A DNA stretch of 64,000 nt from Burkholderiales bacterium (lineage in GTDB: Bacteria > Pseudomonadota > Gammaproteobacteria > Burkholderiales > CAIKXV01), in NCBI GenBank assembly GCA_038205245.1, contig JBBRCD010000001.1:58882-122881 (forward strand), written 5' to 3'. The notes under the pieces were generated by a model. That model ran no database searches and had not been told where the DNA came from. It saw nothing but the letters and a program-made list of their open reading frames with translations. This document shows positions 39,553 to 50,327 of this stretch, in pieces (positions within the stretch are counted from its first letter, which is position 1; each line of letters starts with the position of its first letter). Position numbers and translations under genes: made by a program.

Positions 39553-41160
39553 CTATGCGCCCCCGTTGAAGCGGCGAAACTGGATCGCCTCGGCCACATG
39601 GACCGCCTCGATCGCCTGCGCCCCGGCGAGATCGGCGACTGTACGCGCGACCTTGCGGATACGCTGGAACGCGCGCGCCGACAGCCACAGCCGGTCCAGG
39701 GCGGACTGCATCAGGCGCAGCCCGCCATCGTCGAGCGCGCAGTGCCGATCGATCTGGCCGGCCTCCAGCAGCGCATTCGGCCGGCCCTGGCGCACGAGCT
39801 GGCGTTCACGCGCAATACAGACCCGGGCGCGCACCAGCGCGCTCGCCTCGGCTGGGGCGCCACGCACGAGGTCATGCTCGGTCACAGGTGGCACCTCGAG
39901 CGCGAGATCGATCCGGTCCAGCAGCGGGCCGGATACCCGGCGGCGATAGCGCGCGATCTGGTCCGGCGTGCACTGGCAACGTCCCGAGGGATGCCCGAGG
40001 TAGCCGCACGGGCACGGGTTCATTGCGGCCACAAGCTGGAATTGCGCCGGGAAGTCGGCCTGCCGCGCCGCGCGCGACACCGTGATACGTCCGCTCTCCA
40101 GCGGCTCGCGCAGCGCCTCCAGCACGCGCCGGTCGAACTCGGGCAGTTCGTCCAGGAACAACACGCCGTGCTGGGCGAGCGAAATCTCGCCCGGGCGCGG
40201 CAGACTGCCGCCACCGACCAGCGCCACCGCCGACGCGCTGTGATGCGGCGCGCGAAACGGCCGCTGGCGCCAGTGCCGGGGATCGAATCCCCGATTGGAG
40301 ATCGACTGCATGGCCGCGGCCTCGATCGCCTCGCTATCGGTCATCGGCGGCAGGATGCCGGGCAGGCGCGAGGCCAGCATGGTCTTGCCGGTCCCGGGCG
40401 ACCCCACCAACAGGAGACTGTGCCCGCCCGCCGCGGCCACCTCCAACGCGCGCTTGGCCTGCTGCTGGCCGGCGACGTCGGCCAGGTCCGCCACGGCGGG
40501 CGAAGACCCCGCGTCCAGCGCCAACGCAGGCAGGGGGGCCGAAGCGGGCTGGAACACCTCGAGTGGCACCACGCCCATCAGGTGCGCGCAGACCGAAAGC
40601 AGGGTCGGGGCAGCATGGACCCGGGCGCCCTTGACCAATGCCGCCTCGCGCGCGCTTGCCGCCGGCAGCACGAACGCGCGGCCGTCGCGTGCAGCGAACC
40701 AGGTCATTGCGAGTGCCCCGCGCACCGGTCGCAGTTCGCCGGTCAGGGCAAGCTCGCCGGCGAACTCGTAGCGATCCAGCGCATCCCGCCGCAACTGACC
40801 CGACGCGGCCAGGATGCCGAGCGCGATCGGCAGATCGAAACGCCCGCTCTCCTTCGGCAGCTCTGCCGGCGCGAGGTTGACGGTGATTCGGCGCGCTGGA
40901 AACTCGAAGCCGCAATTGACGATGGCGGCACGGACCCGCTCGCGCGCCTCGCGCACCTCTGCCTCGGGCAGCCCGACCAGGGCGAACGAGGGCAGACCAC
41001 TGGCCAGATGCACTTCAACGGTGACCGGGGGCGCCTCCATGCCGACCAGCGCACGGCTGCGCAGCACTGCCACGGCCGACACTCGCGGCGTTGTGGGCGC
41101 CGGGTCGGATGCATCGCGTGCCGGCTCACTCGTCGCCAGCTCAGGCCCGCCGGCAGACAT
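39553..41160 (-). CDS. comM: YifB/ComM family Mg-chelatase-like AAA+ ATPase
   Basis: Walker A 'GSPGTGKTMLA', 'LFLDELPEF', and the C-terminal Cys cluster 'NPCPCGYLGHPSGRCQC'. Confidence 0.9.
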   Translation of the reverse strand: MSAGGPELATSEPARDASDPAPTTPRVSAVAVLRSRALVGMEAPPVTVEVHLASGLPSFALVGLPEAEVREARERVRAAIVNCGFEFPARRITVNLAPAELPKESGRFDLPIALGILAASGQLRRDALDRYEFAGELALTGELRPVRGALAMTWFAARDGRAFVLPAASAREAALVKGARVHAAPTLLSVCAHLMGVVPLEVFQPASAPLPALALDAGSSPAVADLADVAGQQQAKRALEVAAAGGHSLLLVGSPGTGKTMLASRLPGILPPMTDSEAIEAAAMQSISNRGFDPRHWRQRPFRAPHHSASAVALVGGGSLPRPGEISLAQHGVLFLDELPEFDRRVLEALREPLESGRITVSRAARQADFPAQFQLVAAMNPCPCGYLGHPSGRCQCTPDQIARYRRRVSGPLLDRIDLALEVPPVTEHDLVRGAPAEASALVRARVCIARERQLVRQGRPNALLEAGQIDRHCALDDGGLRLMQSALDRLWLSARAFQRIRKVARTVADLAGAQAIEAVHVAEAIQFRRFNGGA

Positions 41161-41174
41161 GCCAGCAGCGCTCG

Positions 41175-41420
41175 TCAGCCGCGCGGCGCGGCCGAGCGTT
41201 CCAGGTCGGCGACCCGGGCCTCGAGCAACTCGAGCTTCTCGCGGGTGCGCGCCAGCACCGCCGACTGCACATCGAACTCGTCCCGGGTGACGAGGTCCAT
41301 TCGCTGAAGGGCAGCGCCTATCGCAGCGCGCACATTGCGCTGCACATCCTGGGCCGGGCCGCTGGCGATCAGGTCGCGCAGTCGGCGGGCAAGGTCATCC
41401 AAGGGTGTCTGAGTGGTCAT
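41175..41420 (-). CDS. ubiK: UbiK/YqiC family accessory factor
   Basis: 81-aa coiled-coil protein with 'LVTRDEFDVQSAVLARTREKLELLEARVADLE'. Confidence 0.75.
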   Translation of the reverse strand: MTTQTPLDDLARRLRDLIASGPAQDVQRNVRAAIGAALQRMDLVTRDEFDVQSAVLARTREKLELLEARVADLERSAAPRG

Positions 41421-41900
41421 GGGCGGCGTACCGGAAGGGCAACAGGGGCAGAAGACAGGGGGCAGGAGAAGGAGAAGGGAGACATTGACGGAGTTGCGTC
41501 ACACGCGAAGACAGGGCTGGGGGCAGTCAAACGGCAGACCTGGGATTGCACCACCTTTGCCTCCCCTGCGCGAGCTCGCGATGAAGCTGGCACCAGTATA
41601 GGCATGGCGTGCGCCACTGCGCAGCCGGAAAGCCTGCCCAGGACGCCGATACCGTGTCTGGTCCCAGGGACGGTCTGTTGTGCCACTGCAACATCTCCTG
41701 CCAGAAGGCGTTGTTAAATTGTTGAAGTTCGCATGATCTGGCAACGATTTAGGCCCATCAAAGGCGTATTTTTCTTTTTTTTCAGCAGGTTGGCACCGAT
41801 CTTGGGCGCCAGCGATGTCAAGCGCCCCTTGTTGGTGCGAATCTGCTGACCCAGGACCTCAAGCCGGACACACATGCTTGTTTCAAGGTTTGTTTTTAGC

Positions 41901-41916
41901 TGGCACAGCAAATGCT
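41901..41916 (+). promoter_or_regulatory. Sigma-54 (-24/-12) promoter candidate
   Basis: TGGCAC-agcaa-ATGCT, with GG and GC separated by 10 nt. It lies 62 nt upstream of the porin ATG, in the AT-rich leader of a nitrogen-related operon. Confidence 0.55.
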
Positions 41917-41977
41917 TCCTGGTCGACCGAGGCGCCACTATGCCGTAACCCGAGACCTATTTTTGGGAGAACCAGGA

Positions 41978-43226
<1,249 letters not shown>

Positions 43227-43276
43227 CGGACGTTCTGTAACGACCGTCCTGCAATAAAAACAGATCGGGAGATCGC

Positions 43277-44791
43277 ATGAAGAAGCTGCTAGTCGCCGTG
43301 CTCACTGCCGTCTCGTTCGCACTTAGTGCGACCGCGATTGCACAACCGGCCGCCGAAAAGGCGCCTGAACCGGCCAAGATGGAAGCCAAGGCCGACGCCG
43401 CGAAGGGTGCCCCTGCAGCGCCCGCGGCAACAGAGGCGAAAAAGGAAGAAGCCAAGCCTGACGCGCCCAAGCCGCCGAACATCAACAAGGGCGACACCGC
43501 GTTCATGTATGTCGCCACCGTGCTGGTGATCTTCATGACCATCCCTGGTCTGGCGCTGTTCTACGGTGGTCTGGTGCGCTCGAAGAACATGCTGTCGGTG
43601 CTGATGCAGGTGTTCGTCACCTTTTCGATGATCGCGATCCTGTGGGTGATCTACGGCTATTCGATCGCCTTCACTGCAGGCAATCCGTTCTTCGGCAGTC
43701 TGGACAAGATGTTCCTCGCCGGCGTGACCGATGCCACCGGGGCGGCCACCTTCAGCAAGGACACTTACATCCCCGAGTATCTGTTTGTCGCCTTCCAGCT
43801 CACCTTCGCCGCCATCACCCCGGCGCTGATCATCGGTGCATTCGCCGAGCGGATGAAATTCTCCGCGGTGCTGCTGTTCCTCGCACTCTGGTTCACCTTC
43901 GCCTACCTGCCGATGGCACACATGGTCTGGTACTGGGACGGCCCGGATGCGATCACCGACGAGAAGACACTCGAAGCAGTGACTGCGAACGCGGGCTGGC
44001 TATGGGCCAAAGGTGCACTCGACTTCGCCGGCGGCACGGTGGTGCACATCAATGCCGGCGTCGCCGGGCTGGTGGCCGCCTACATGCTCGGCAAGCGGGT
44101 CGGGTTCGGCAAGGAAGCGATGCCGCCACACAGCCTGACCTTCACCATGATCGGTGCCGCAATGCTGTGGGTCGGCTGGTTCGGTTTCAACGTCGGCTCG
44201 AACCTCGAAGCCAACGGCATCGCCGGGCTGGCCTTCATCAACACGCTGATCGCCGCTGCAGCCGCCGTACTCGCCTGGACCTTCGCCGAGTGGATAGGCA
44301 AGGGCAAACCGAGCATGCTCGGTGCTGCCTCGGGTGCAGTCGCCGGTCTGGTGGCGATCACCCCGGCGTGCGGCTTTGTCGGCCCGATGGGTGCGATCGT
44401 GATTGGTCTGGTCTCCGGCTTTGTCTGCCTGTGGGGTGTCACCGGCCTGAAGCGCATGCTCGGTGCCGATGACGCACTGGACGTGTTCGGCGTGCATGGT
44501 ATCGGTGGCATCGTCGGCGCCTTGCTCACCGGCGTATTCGCCTCGCCCTCGCTCGGTGGCGCCGGAATCTGCGACTACATCAAGAACGAGTGCGCGCAGC
44601 CCCTGGCAGCCGGCATCGGCGGTCAGGTCTGGATCCAGTTCCAGGGCGTGATGGTCGCGGTGGTGCTGTCGGCAGTGGTCGCCTTCATCTCGCTGAAGAT
44701 CGTCGACATCATCGTCGGTCTGCGGGTCAGCGAAGACGAGGAGCGCGAAGGTCTGGACGTCGCCTCGCACGGCGAGAAGGCATACAACTGA
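43277..44791 (+). CDS. amtB: Ammonium transporter with signal peptide and Ala/Lys/Pro-rich N-terminal linker
   Basis: Amt/MEP motifs 'DFAGGTVVHINAG' and 'GVHGIGGIVGALLTG'. Confidence 0.95.
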   Translation: MKKLLVAVLTAVSFALSATAIAQPAAEKAPEPAKMEAKADAAKGAPAAPAATEAKKEEAKPDAPKPPNINKGDTAFMYVATVLVIFMTIPGLALFYGGLVRSKNMLSVLMQVFVTFSMIAILWVIYGYSIAFTAGNPFFGSLDKMFLAGVTDATGAATFSKDTYIPEYLFVAFQLTFAAITPALIIGAFAERMKFSAVLLFLALWFTFAYLPMAHMVWYWDGPDAITDEKTLEAVTANAGWLWAKGALDFAGGTVVHINAGVAGLVAAYMLGKRVGFGKEAMPPHSLTFTMIGAAMLWVGWFGFNVGSNLEANGIAGLAFINTLIAAAAAVLAWTFAEWIGKGKPSMLGAASGAVAGLVAITPACGFVGPMGAIVIGLVSGFVCLWGVTGLKRMLGADDALDVFGVHGIGGIVGALLTGVFASPSLGGAGICDYIKNECAQPLAAGIGGQVWIQFQGVMVAVVLSAVVAFISLKIVDIIVGLRVSEDEEREGLDVASHGEKAYN

Positions 44792-44811
44792 TCGCGTATC
44801 CCTTCACGAAA

Positions 44812-44841
44812 ACGGGCACCTGCGGGTGCCCGTTTTTTTTC
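44812..44841 (+). terminator. Intrinsic terminator of glnK-amtB
   Basis: ACGGGCACC-tgcg-GGTGCCCGT followed by T8. Confidence 0.75.
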
Positions 44842-44919
44842 GTCCGTCCGTTTCGTTCGTCTCTTTTGTGCGCCTGTTTCTTCCGCCTGTTTCGTCTATC
44901 GCAGGTGGGGCATCCTGGC

Positions 44920-46032
44920 TCATTCAGCCTTGATGCCGGCTTCCTTGACTACTTTGCCCCAGCGGTCGGTCTCGCTCACGATCAGCTTGCCGAACTCGGC
45001 CGGGGTCATTGGCATCGCGACTGCGCCTTCGCCTTCCATGCGCTTCTGGGTCTCAGGCGAAGCCAGGATTGCGTTCAGCTCCTTGTTCAACCGGGCGATG
45101 ATCGGCTGGGGCAGCGCGGCTGGACCGACCAGCCCCCACCAGTTGGTCGCCTCGTAGCCCGGCAGACCGGATTCATTGATCGACGGCAGGTCCGGCAGCG
45201 TCGGGTTGCGCTTCAGGCTGCCGACACCCAGCGGCTTGAGGCGACCCGACCGGATATGCCCCTGCATCTGGATCAGTGAGCCGATGGTCACCTGCGACTG
45301 CCCGGCGATCACGTCGGTCATTGCCGGCCCACCGCCCTTGAACGGGATATGGGTCATGTCGATCTTCGCCATGCGGGTGAACAGCTCGCCGGACAGGTGC
45401 TGGAACGAGCCGATACCGGCCGAAGCAAGGTTCAGCTTTCCCGGATTGGCCCGGGCATAGGCGATCAGCTCCTTCACCGAGTTCACCGGCAGTTGCGGGT
45501 TGATCACCAGCACGTTCGGCCCGCTGCCGACCAGCCCTATCGGCGCAAACGACTTGATCGAGTCGTAGGACAGCTTGTACAGCGCCGGGTTGAACGCATG
45601 CGCCACCGAGACGATCAGCAGGGAATAGCCATCGGCGGCCGCGCGCGCGACGAGTTCGGTGCCGATCACCCCGCCGGCCCCGGCGCGATTGTCGATCACT
45701 ACCGCCTGGCCGACACGCTCCTGCAGCTGCACGCCGATCATCCGGCCGACGATGTCGTTGCTGCCGCCGGGCGCAAACGGAATCACCAGGCGGATCGCCT
45801 TCTGCGGGTAAGCGCTGTCGGCTGCAACAGCGGACCCGGTGAGCACGGGAAACCCGCCCAGGGCAACGAGCAGTAACCGGAGCGCTGATGACCGGGGAAA
45901 CGACGACCCCGAAAGCGGCCTGAACAAGGGCGTGCCGGCGTCACGCCGGATGCATGCGGTAGGACTCACTGACTCTCCTTTAGGCGGAGCGACGCGTCTT
46001 CGGAACGGTCCCGGCATGACGGTGAGCCTCAA
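44920..46032 (-). CDS. Bug/TctC family substrate-binding protein
   Basis: 'YPQKAIRLVIPFAPGGSND' and C-terminal 'PAEFGKLIVSETDRWGKVVKEAGIKAE'. The start is uncertain. Confidence 0.8.
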   Translation of the reverse strand: MRLTVMPGPFRRRVAPPKGESVSPTACIRRDAGTPLFRPLSGSSFPRSSALRLLLVALGGFPVLTGSAVAADSAYPQKAIRLVIPFAPGGSNDIVGRMIGVQLQERVGQAVVIDNRAGAGGVIGTELVARAAADGYSLLIVSVAHAFNPALYKLSYDSIKSFAPIGLVGSGPNVLVINPQLPVNSVKELIAYARANPGKLNLASAGIGSFQHLSGELFTRMAKIDMTHIPFKGGGPAMTDVIAGQSQVTIGSLIQMQGHIRSGRLKPLGVGSLKRNPTLPDLPSINESGLPGYEATNWWGLVGPAALPQPIIARLNKELNAILASPETQKRMEGEGAVAMPMTPAEFGKLIVSETDRWGKVVKEAGIKAE

Positions 46033-46173
46033 GACGACACAGGAGGCCGCCGTCCAGGTCCACGCGACCTGTCTGCAGGAACCGCGAACGCGTTCGCGAC
46101 AGCGGCGAAGTCTACTCCGAGCCGCGGTACGCGGTTGGCCAGCGCGTCAGCACAGGCAGGTGAGTACGCGCAG

Positions 46174-46229
46174 GTCAGCACCCGGACGTCAGCACCGGGA
46201 CGTCAGCACTCGGACGTCAGCATCAACCG
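46174..46229. repeat. 14-bp tandem repeat x4 (GTCAGCACCCGGAC-like)
   Basis: Read directly. It spans the stop codon and 3' end of the GNAT ORF. A further partial copy lies at about 46146. Confidence 0.85.
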
Positions 46230-46562
46230 GCGCACGCCAAGCCGGCTGGACGACCAGCCGAGCCGCGCGTAGAACGCCTCGGCCGGCGCGTTGTCCAGAT
46301 CGATCAGCAACTGCGCCCGGGTCGCGCCATGACGGGGCGCCCAAAGCAACAGGTCGTCCAGCAGCCGACGGCCGATGGTGCATCCGCGCCACGCCGGATC
46401 GACGAACACATCGTCGATCCAGGCAGACAATGCACCTTCGCTGGTGGAGACCACGAGTTGCACGCTGGCGGTGCCGACGGTACGCGCACCGGCGCGCGCA
46501 ACCGCGACCCGTGCGACTGCGGCTGGCTGCGCCAGCAGCAATTGCAACGCCCGCGCCTGCAC
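46203..46562 (-). CDS. Short GNAT-family N-acetyltransferase (possibly N-terminally truncated)
   Basis: 'IDDVFVDPAWRGCTIGRRLLDDLL...FYARLGW' is the acetyl-CoA-binding core. Only 119 aa, GTG start. Confidence 0.5.
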   Translation of the reverse strand: MQARALQLLLAQPAAVARVAVARAGARTVGTASVQLVVSTSEGALSAWIDDVFVDPAWRGCTIGRRLLDDLLLWAPRHGATRAQLLIDLDNAPAEAFYARLGWSSSRLGVRRLMLTSEC

Positions 46563-46623
46563 CGGCGGGTCGGCAGCGAAGTCGGCTGACCCCTTTTTCC
46601 TGCGCCGCGCTTACCATCCGGGG

Positions 46624-47583
46624 ATGGACCTTCTGGTACTCGCCGACCCGCTGGCGACTTTCAAGACATACAAGGACTCGACCTACGCGATGATGCGCGA
46701 GGCCGCTCGTCGCGGCCATCGCCTGTTCGCGATGGAGCAGCAGCACTTGTTGCTGCGCGACGGGCAGGTGTCCGGGCTGTCCAGCGCGATCAGCATGAAG
46801 CCGGACGCGTACGACTGGTACGACGCCGCGCCAGCACAACTGGCGCCGCTGTCCGGGTTCGATCTGGTGCTGATGCGCAAGGACCCGCCATTCGACAACG
46901 AGTACCTGTACAGCACGCACCTGCTCGAGCTGGCCGAACGCCAGGGAGCGCGCGTGGTCAACCGGCCACAGGCAATCCGCGATTTCAACGAGAAGCTGGC
47001 GGTGGCCAGGTTCCCGCAGCTTGCACCGCCCACCCTGGTGACGCGGCTGGAGCCGATCCTGCGCGAGTTCCTCGCCGAGCATCGGGACGTGATCTTCAAG
47101 CCGCTGGACGGCATGGGCGGCAGCGGCGTGTTCCGGGTGCGCGAAGACGATCCGAACATTGGCGTGATCATCGAGACCATCACCGACTATGGCCGGCGCA
47201 CGATCATGGCGCAGCGTTACCTGCCGGAGATCCGGGACGGTGACAAGCGGGTGCTGTTGATCGAGGGCGAGCCTGCGCCCTACGCGCTTGCACGTATTCC
47301 GAAGGCGGGCGAGACCCGCGGCAACCTCGCCGCCGGGGGCAAGGGTGTCGCCCGCGCGCTCACCGAGCGTGACCGCGAGATCGCGCACACGGTCGGACCC
47401 GTGCTGCGCGACCTGGGCCTCGCTCTGGTCGGCCTCGACGTGATCGGCAGCCACCTCACCGAGATCAACGTGACCAGCCCGACCGGCATGCAGGAGATCG
47501 CCCAGCAGACCGACTGCGATCCGGCGGCGCTGATGATCGACGCGCTGGAACGCAGACTCGAGCCGCGCCCCGACCTTCCATGA
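46624..47583 (+). CDS. gshB: Glutathione synthetase (ATP-grasp)
   Basis: 'KDSTYAMMREAARRGH', 'FKPLDGMGGSGVFR' and 'DKRVLLIEGEP'. ATG at 46624. Confidence 0.9.
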   Translation: MDLLVLADPLATFKTYKDSTYAMMREAARRGHRLFAMEQQHLLLRDGQVSGLSSAISMKPDAYDWYDAAPAQLAPLSGFDLVLMRKDPPFDNEYLYSTHLLELAERQGARVVNRPQAIRDFNEKLAVARFPQLAPPTLVTRLEPILREFLAEHRDVIFKPLDGMGGSGVFRVREDDPNIGVIIETITDYGRRTIMAQRYLPEIRDGDKRVLLIEGEPAPYALARIPKAGETRGNLAAGGKGVARALTERDREIAHTVGPVLRDLGLALVGLDVIGSHLTEINVTSPTGMQEIAQQTDCDPAALMIDALERRLEPRPDLP

Positions 47584-47999
47584 TCGGCATTCTTCTCATC
47601 GCCCACGGCACGCTCGCCGAGAGCCTGATCCACTGCGCAAGTCATGTGCTGGGCAAGCGGCCGATGCGGGTGCGCCAGCTCGGGGTCACCATCCACGACG
47701 ACCCGCTGACGATCCTGCCGCAGGCCCAGGATCTGGTCGCGCATCTGGACGATGGCGACGGCGTGCTGATCATGACCGACATCTATGGCGCGACCCCGGG
47801 CAACCTGGCGGCAAGACTGCTCAAGCCCGGCCGGATCGAAGGTGTTGCCGGGGTCAACCTGCCCATGCTGATCCGCGCGCTCAACTATCGCGATCAGCCG
47901 TTCGAGGTGATGATCCAGAAGGCAATCAGTGGTGGCCGGGACGGCGTGATGCGCATGCCGCAACAGGAAGGTCAGGACGATGCAGCAGCAGGACGTTGA
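47580..47999 (+). CDS. PTS EIIA component, mannose/fructose family
   Basis: 'MIGILLIAHGTLAESL' with the active-site His. 139 aa. 4-nt overlap with gshB. Confidence 0.85.
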   Translation: MIGILLIAHGTLAESLIHCASHVLGKRPMRVRQLGVTIHDDPLTILPQAQDLVAHLDDGDGVLIMTDIYGATPGNLAARLLKPGRIEGVAGVNLPMLIRALNYRDQPFEVMIQKAISGGRDGVMRMPQQEGQDDAAAGR

Positions 48000-48249
48000 G
48001 ATCATCAACAAGCTCGGGCTGCACGCCCGGGCGTCAGCCAAGCTCACCCAGACCGCGGGCCGGTTCGAGTCCGAGGTCTGGCTCACCCGCGACGGGCGCC
48101 GGGTGAACGCCAAGAGCATCATGGGCGTGATGATGCTGGCCGCGGCCAAGGGCGTACGTATCGGCATCGAGACCGCCGGTCCTGATGAAGCCGACGCGCT
48201 CGCGGCACTCACCGCATTGATCGCCGACCGTTTCGGCGAAGCCGAATAG
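47980..48249 (+). CDS. ptsH: HPr family phosphocarrier protein
   Basis: 89 aa with 'NKLGLHARASAKL' (His15 region). Confidence 0.9.
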   Translation: MQQQDVEIINKLGLHARASAKLTQTAGRFESEVWLTRDGRRVNAKSIMGVMMLAAAKGVRIGIETAGPDEADALAALTALIADRFGEAE

Positions 48250-48260
48250 GCGAAGCGACG

Positions 48261-50048
48261 ATGCCGATGGACCATCCCCTGGACGTCCAGGCCGACGCTG
48301 CCGCCGCGCGTTCGATGCGGATGAGCTTCACACTGCATGGCATCGGCGCCTCGGACGGCGTGGCGATCGGCCCGGCACATCTGGTGTCGTACGCGACGTT
48401 GGAGGTCGCACAGTACCTGGTCCCGGCCGAAGCGCTGGACAACGAGCGCCAGCGCCTGCTCACCGCGCTGGCGACCGTGCGCGAGGAACTCGGACAGCTT
48501 AGAAGCAGCCTCCCGGCCAGCGCGCCGGCCGAGTTCGGCGCGTTCATCGATGTGCACCAGATGATCCTCGCCGACTCGACCCTGTCGCAGGGACCGCTCG
48601 ACCTGATCAGCAGCCAGCAGTGCAACGCAGAATGGGCGCTCAAGCTGCAGCTCGACGAGCTGCTGGAGCAGTTCAACCAGATCGACGACGCCTACCTGCG
48701 CGAACGCCGCGGCGACATCCTTCAGGTGGTCGAGCGGGTGATGAAGGCGTTGGTCGGCAAGCCGGGCTACGTTCCGCCGTCGCTTCCTGGCGGCACGCGC
48801 GCGATCCTGGTCGCGCATGACCTGTCACCGGCGGACATGATCCAGTTCAAGCAGCTGCCGTTTGCCGGCTTTCTCACCGACCAGGGCGGCTCGACCTCGC
48901 ACACCGCGATCGTCGCACGCAGCCTTAACATCCCGGCGATCGTCGCTCTGCATCGCGCCCGCGACCTCATCCGCGAGAACGACCAGTTGATCATCGATGG
49001 CACGCTGGGTGTGGTGATCGTCAATCCGGATCCATCAGTGCTCGTCGAGTACCGGCTGCGCCAGGAGGCGCTGGGTAGAGAGCGGGCGAAGCTGCAGCGG
49101 CTCGCCAAGACCCCGGCGACCACGATCGACGGCCAGTCGATCGAACTGCTGGGCAATATCGAAGGTCCGGACGATGTCGCCGAAGTGCGTGCCAACGGCG
49201 GCATGGGGGTCGGGCTGTTCAGGACCGAGTTCCTGTTCATGAACCGGGACGAACTGCCCGACGAGGACGAGCAGTTCGAAGCCTATCGCGCGGTCGCCCA
49301 GGCGATGGACGGACTGCCGGTGACCATCCGCACCCTGGACATCGGCGCGGACAAGACCCTGCGCGGCTCGGACGAACATAGCTCGGCCAATCCGGCGCTC
49401 GGCCTGCGCGCGATCCGCCTCTGCCTCGCTGACCCGCCGCTGTTCCATACCCAGCTGCGCGCCCTGCTGCGCGCGTCGAACTTCGGCACGCTGAACATCC
49501 TGGTGCCGATGCTGTCCACCAAGCAGGAGCTGCAGCAGACGATCGCCGCGATCGCTCGCGCGCGCGCGAGCCTCGCGGAGGACGGCATCGCGTTCGCGCC
49601 GCAGGTGGCCATCGGTGCGATGGTCGAGATACCGGCCACGGCGATCGCGCTGGACGTATTCCTCAAGCATCTCGACTTCCTGTCGATCGGCACCAACGAC
49701 CTGATCCAGTACACGCTGGCGATCGACCGCACCGACGATGCGGTGGCCCACCTCTACGACCCGCTGCACCCGGCGGTGATCCGCCTGATCGCCGATGTCG
49801 CGCAGCGTGCGAACCGGGCCAAGGTGCCGGTGGCGGTCTGCGGTGAGATGGCTGGTGACGTCGATCTGACCCGGCTGCTGATCGGCCTCGGGCTGCGCCA
49901 GCTGTCGATGCACCCGGCGTTCCTGCTCGAGGTGAAGCAGCGCATCCTGAAGACCCAGTTGTCGGAGATCGCCGCGATGGCGCGCAGGATCGCCAATACC
50001 CGCGACCCGGATCGTATCCGCCGGTTGGTGGACAAGCTGAACGGCTGA
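48261..50048 (+). CDS. ptsI: Phosphoenolpyruvate-protein phosphotransferase (Enzyme I)
   Basis: 'GGSTSHTAIVARSL', 'FLSIGTNDLIQY' and 'CGEMAGD'. The start may instead be an internal Met near 48315-48321. Confidence 0.9.
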   Translation: MPMDHPLDVQADAAAARSMRMSFTLHGIGASDGVAIGPAHLVSYATLEVAQYLVPAEALDNERQRLLTALATVREELGQLRSSLPASAPAEFGAFIDVHQMILADSTLSQGPLDLISSQQCNAEWALKLQLDELLEQFNQIDDAYLRERRGDILQVVERVMKALVGKPGYVPPSLPGGTRAILVAHDLSPADMIQFKQLPFAGFLTDQGGSTSHTAIVARSLNIPAIVALHRARDLIRENDQLIIDGTLGVVIVNPDPSVLVEYRLRQEALGRERAKLQRLAKTPATTIDGQSIELLGNIEGPDDVAEVRANGGMGVGLFRTEFLFMNRDELPDEDEQFEAYRAVAQAMDGLPVTIRTLDIGADKTLRGSDEHSSANPALGLRAIRLCLADPPLFHTQLRALLRASNFGTLNILVPMLSTKQELQQTIAAIARARASLAEDGIAFAPQVAIGAMVEIPATAIALDVFLKHLDFLSIGTNDLIQYTLAIDRTDDAVAHLYDPLHPAVIRLIADVAQRANRAKVPVAVCGEMAGDVDLTRLLIGLGLRQLSMHPAFLLEVKQRILKTQLSEIAAMARRIANTRDPDRIRRLVDKLNG

Positions 50049-50197
50049 GCGGTGCGGTTACCCAGGGCGGACGCAGCGTCTCGGCGACGGCGTTGACGGT
50101 GGCGCTCACGGTGGAGTTGACGGCGGCGACGGTGTCCGCGTCGTAGGCGGTGTTTGACAGCGCCTGGCTCATGGGGGTACCGTTGCGTCTGGATCAC

Positions 50198-50301
50198 GCG
50201 CCGATTTGAGTTCAGCTTGCGGGCGCGCTACAAATTCGGCTAAAGAGAAATCCAGATTTCTCCGCCCCGGCCTGCGCAAGCACCCCGGGGCTTTTTTATT
50301 T
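50198..50301 (+). promoter_or_regulatory. Structured leader with intrinsic terminator immediately upstream of metX (attenuator/riboswitch candidate)
   Basis: Stem GCCGATTTG/CAAATTCGGC (50200-50240). Hairpin GAGAAAT-ccag-ATTTCTC (50245-50262). GC stem 50264-50291 with inner GCAA tetraloop, followed by TTTTTTATTTT. The structure ends 27 nt before the metX ATG. Confidence 0.4.
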
Positions 50302-50327
50302 TCCGCCGCCCGTTAACCAGACAGATC

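Noticed and set aside
39598-41307. 569-aa plus-strand ORF opposite comM/ubiK
   Set aside because: Antisense shadow ORF. comM has Walker motifs on the other strand.
41421-41900. tRNA or sRNA gene, or NtrC-type palindromes, in the long ubiK-porin intergenic region
   Set aside because: I could not fold a cloverleaf or find a terminator-bounded unit. The imperfect palindromes (e.g. TGGCACCgatcttGGGCGCCA, GTTGTGCcacTGCAAC) are too degenerate to call as binding sites by eye.
47280-48818. 512-aa minus-strand ORF across gshB, PTS IIA, ptsH and ptsI
   Set aside because: It spans four well-supported plus-strand genes. Shadow ORF.
49663-50172. Minus-strand ORF starting 'MSQALSNTAYDADTVAAVNSTV...' in the ptsI-metX gap
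   Set aside because: It has no Shine-Dalgarno. Most of the ORF is antisense to the ptsI 3' end, and its composition becomes Arg/Gly/Pro-rich. Probably spurious, although a very short peptide cannot be excluded.
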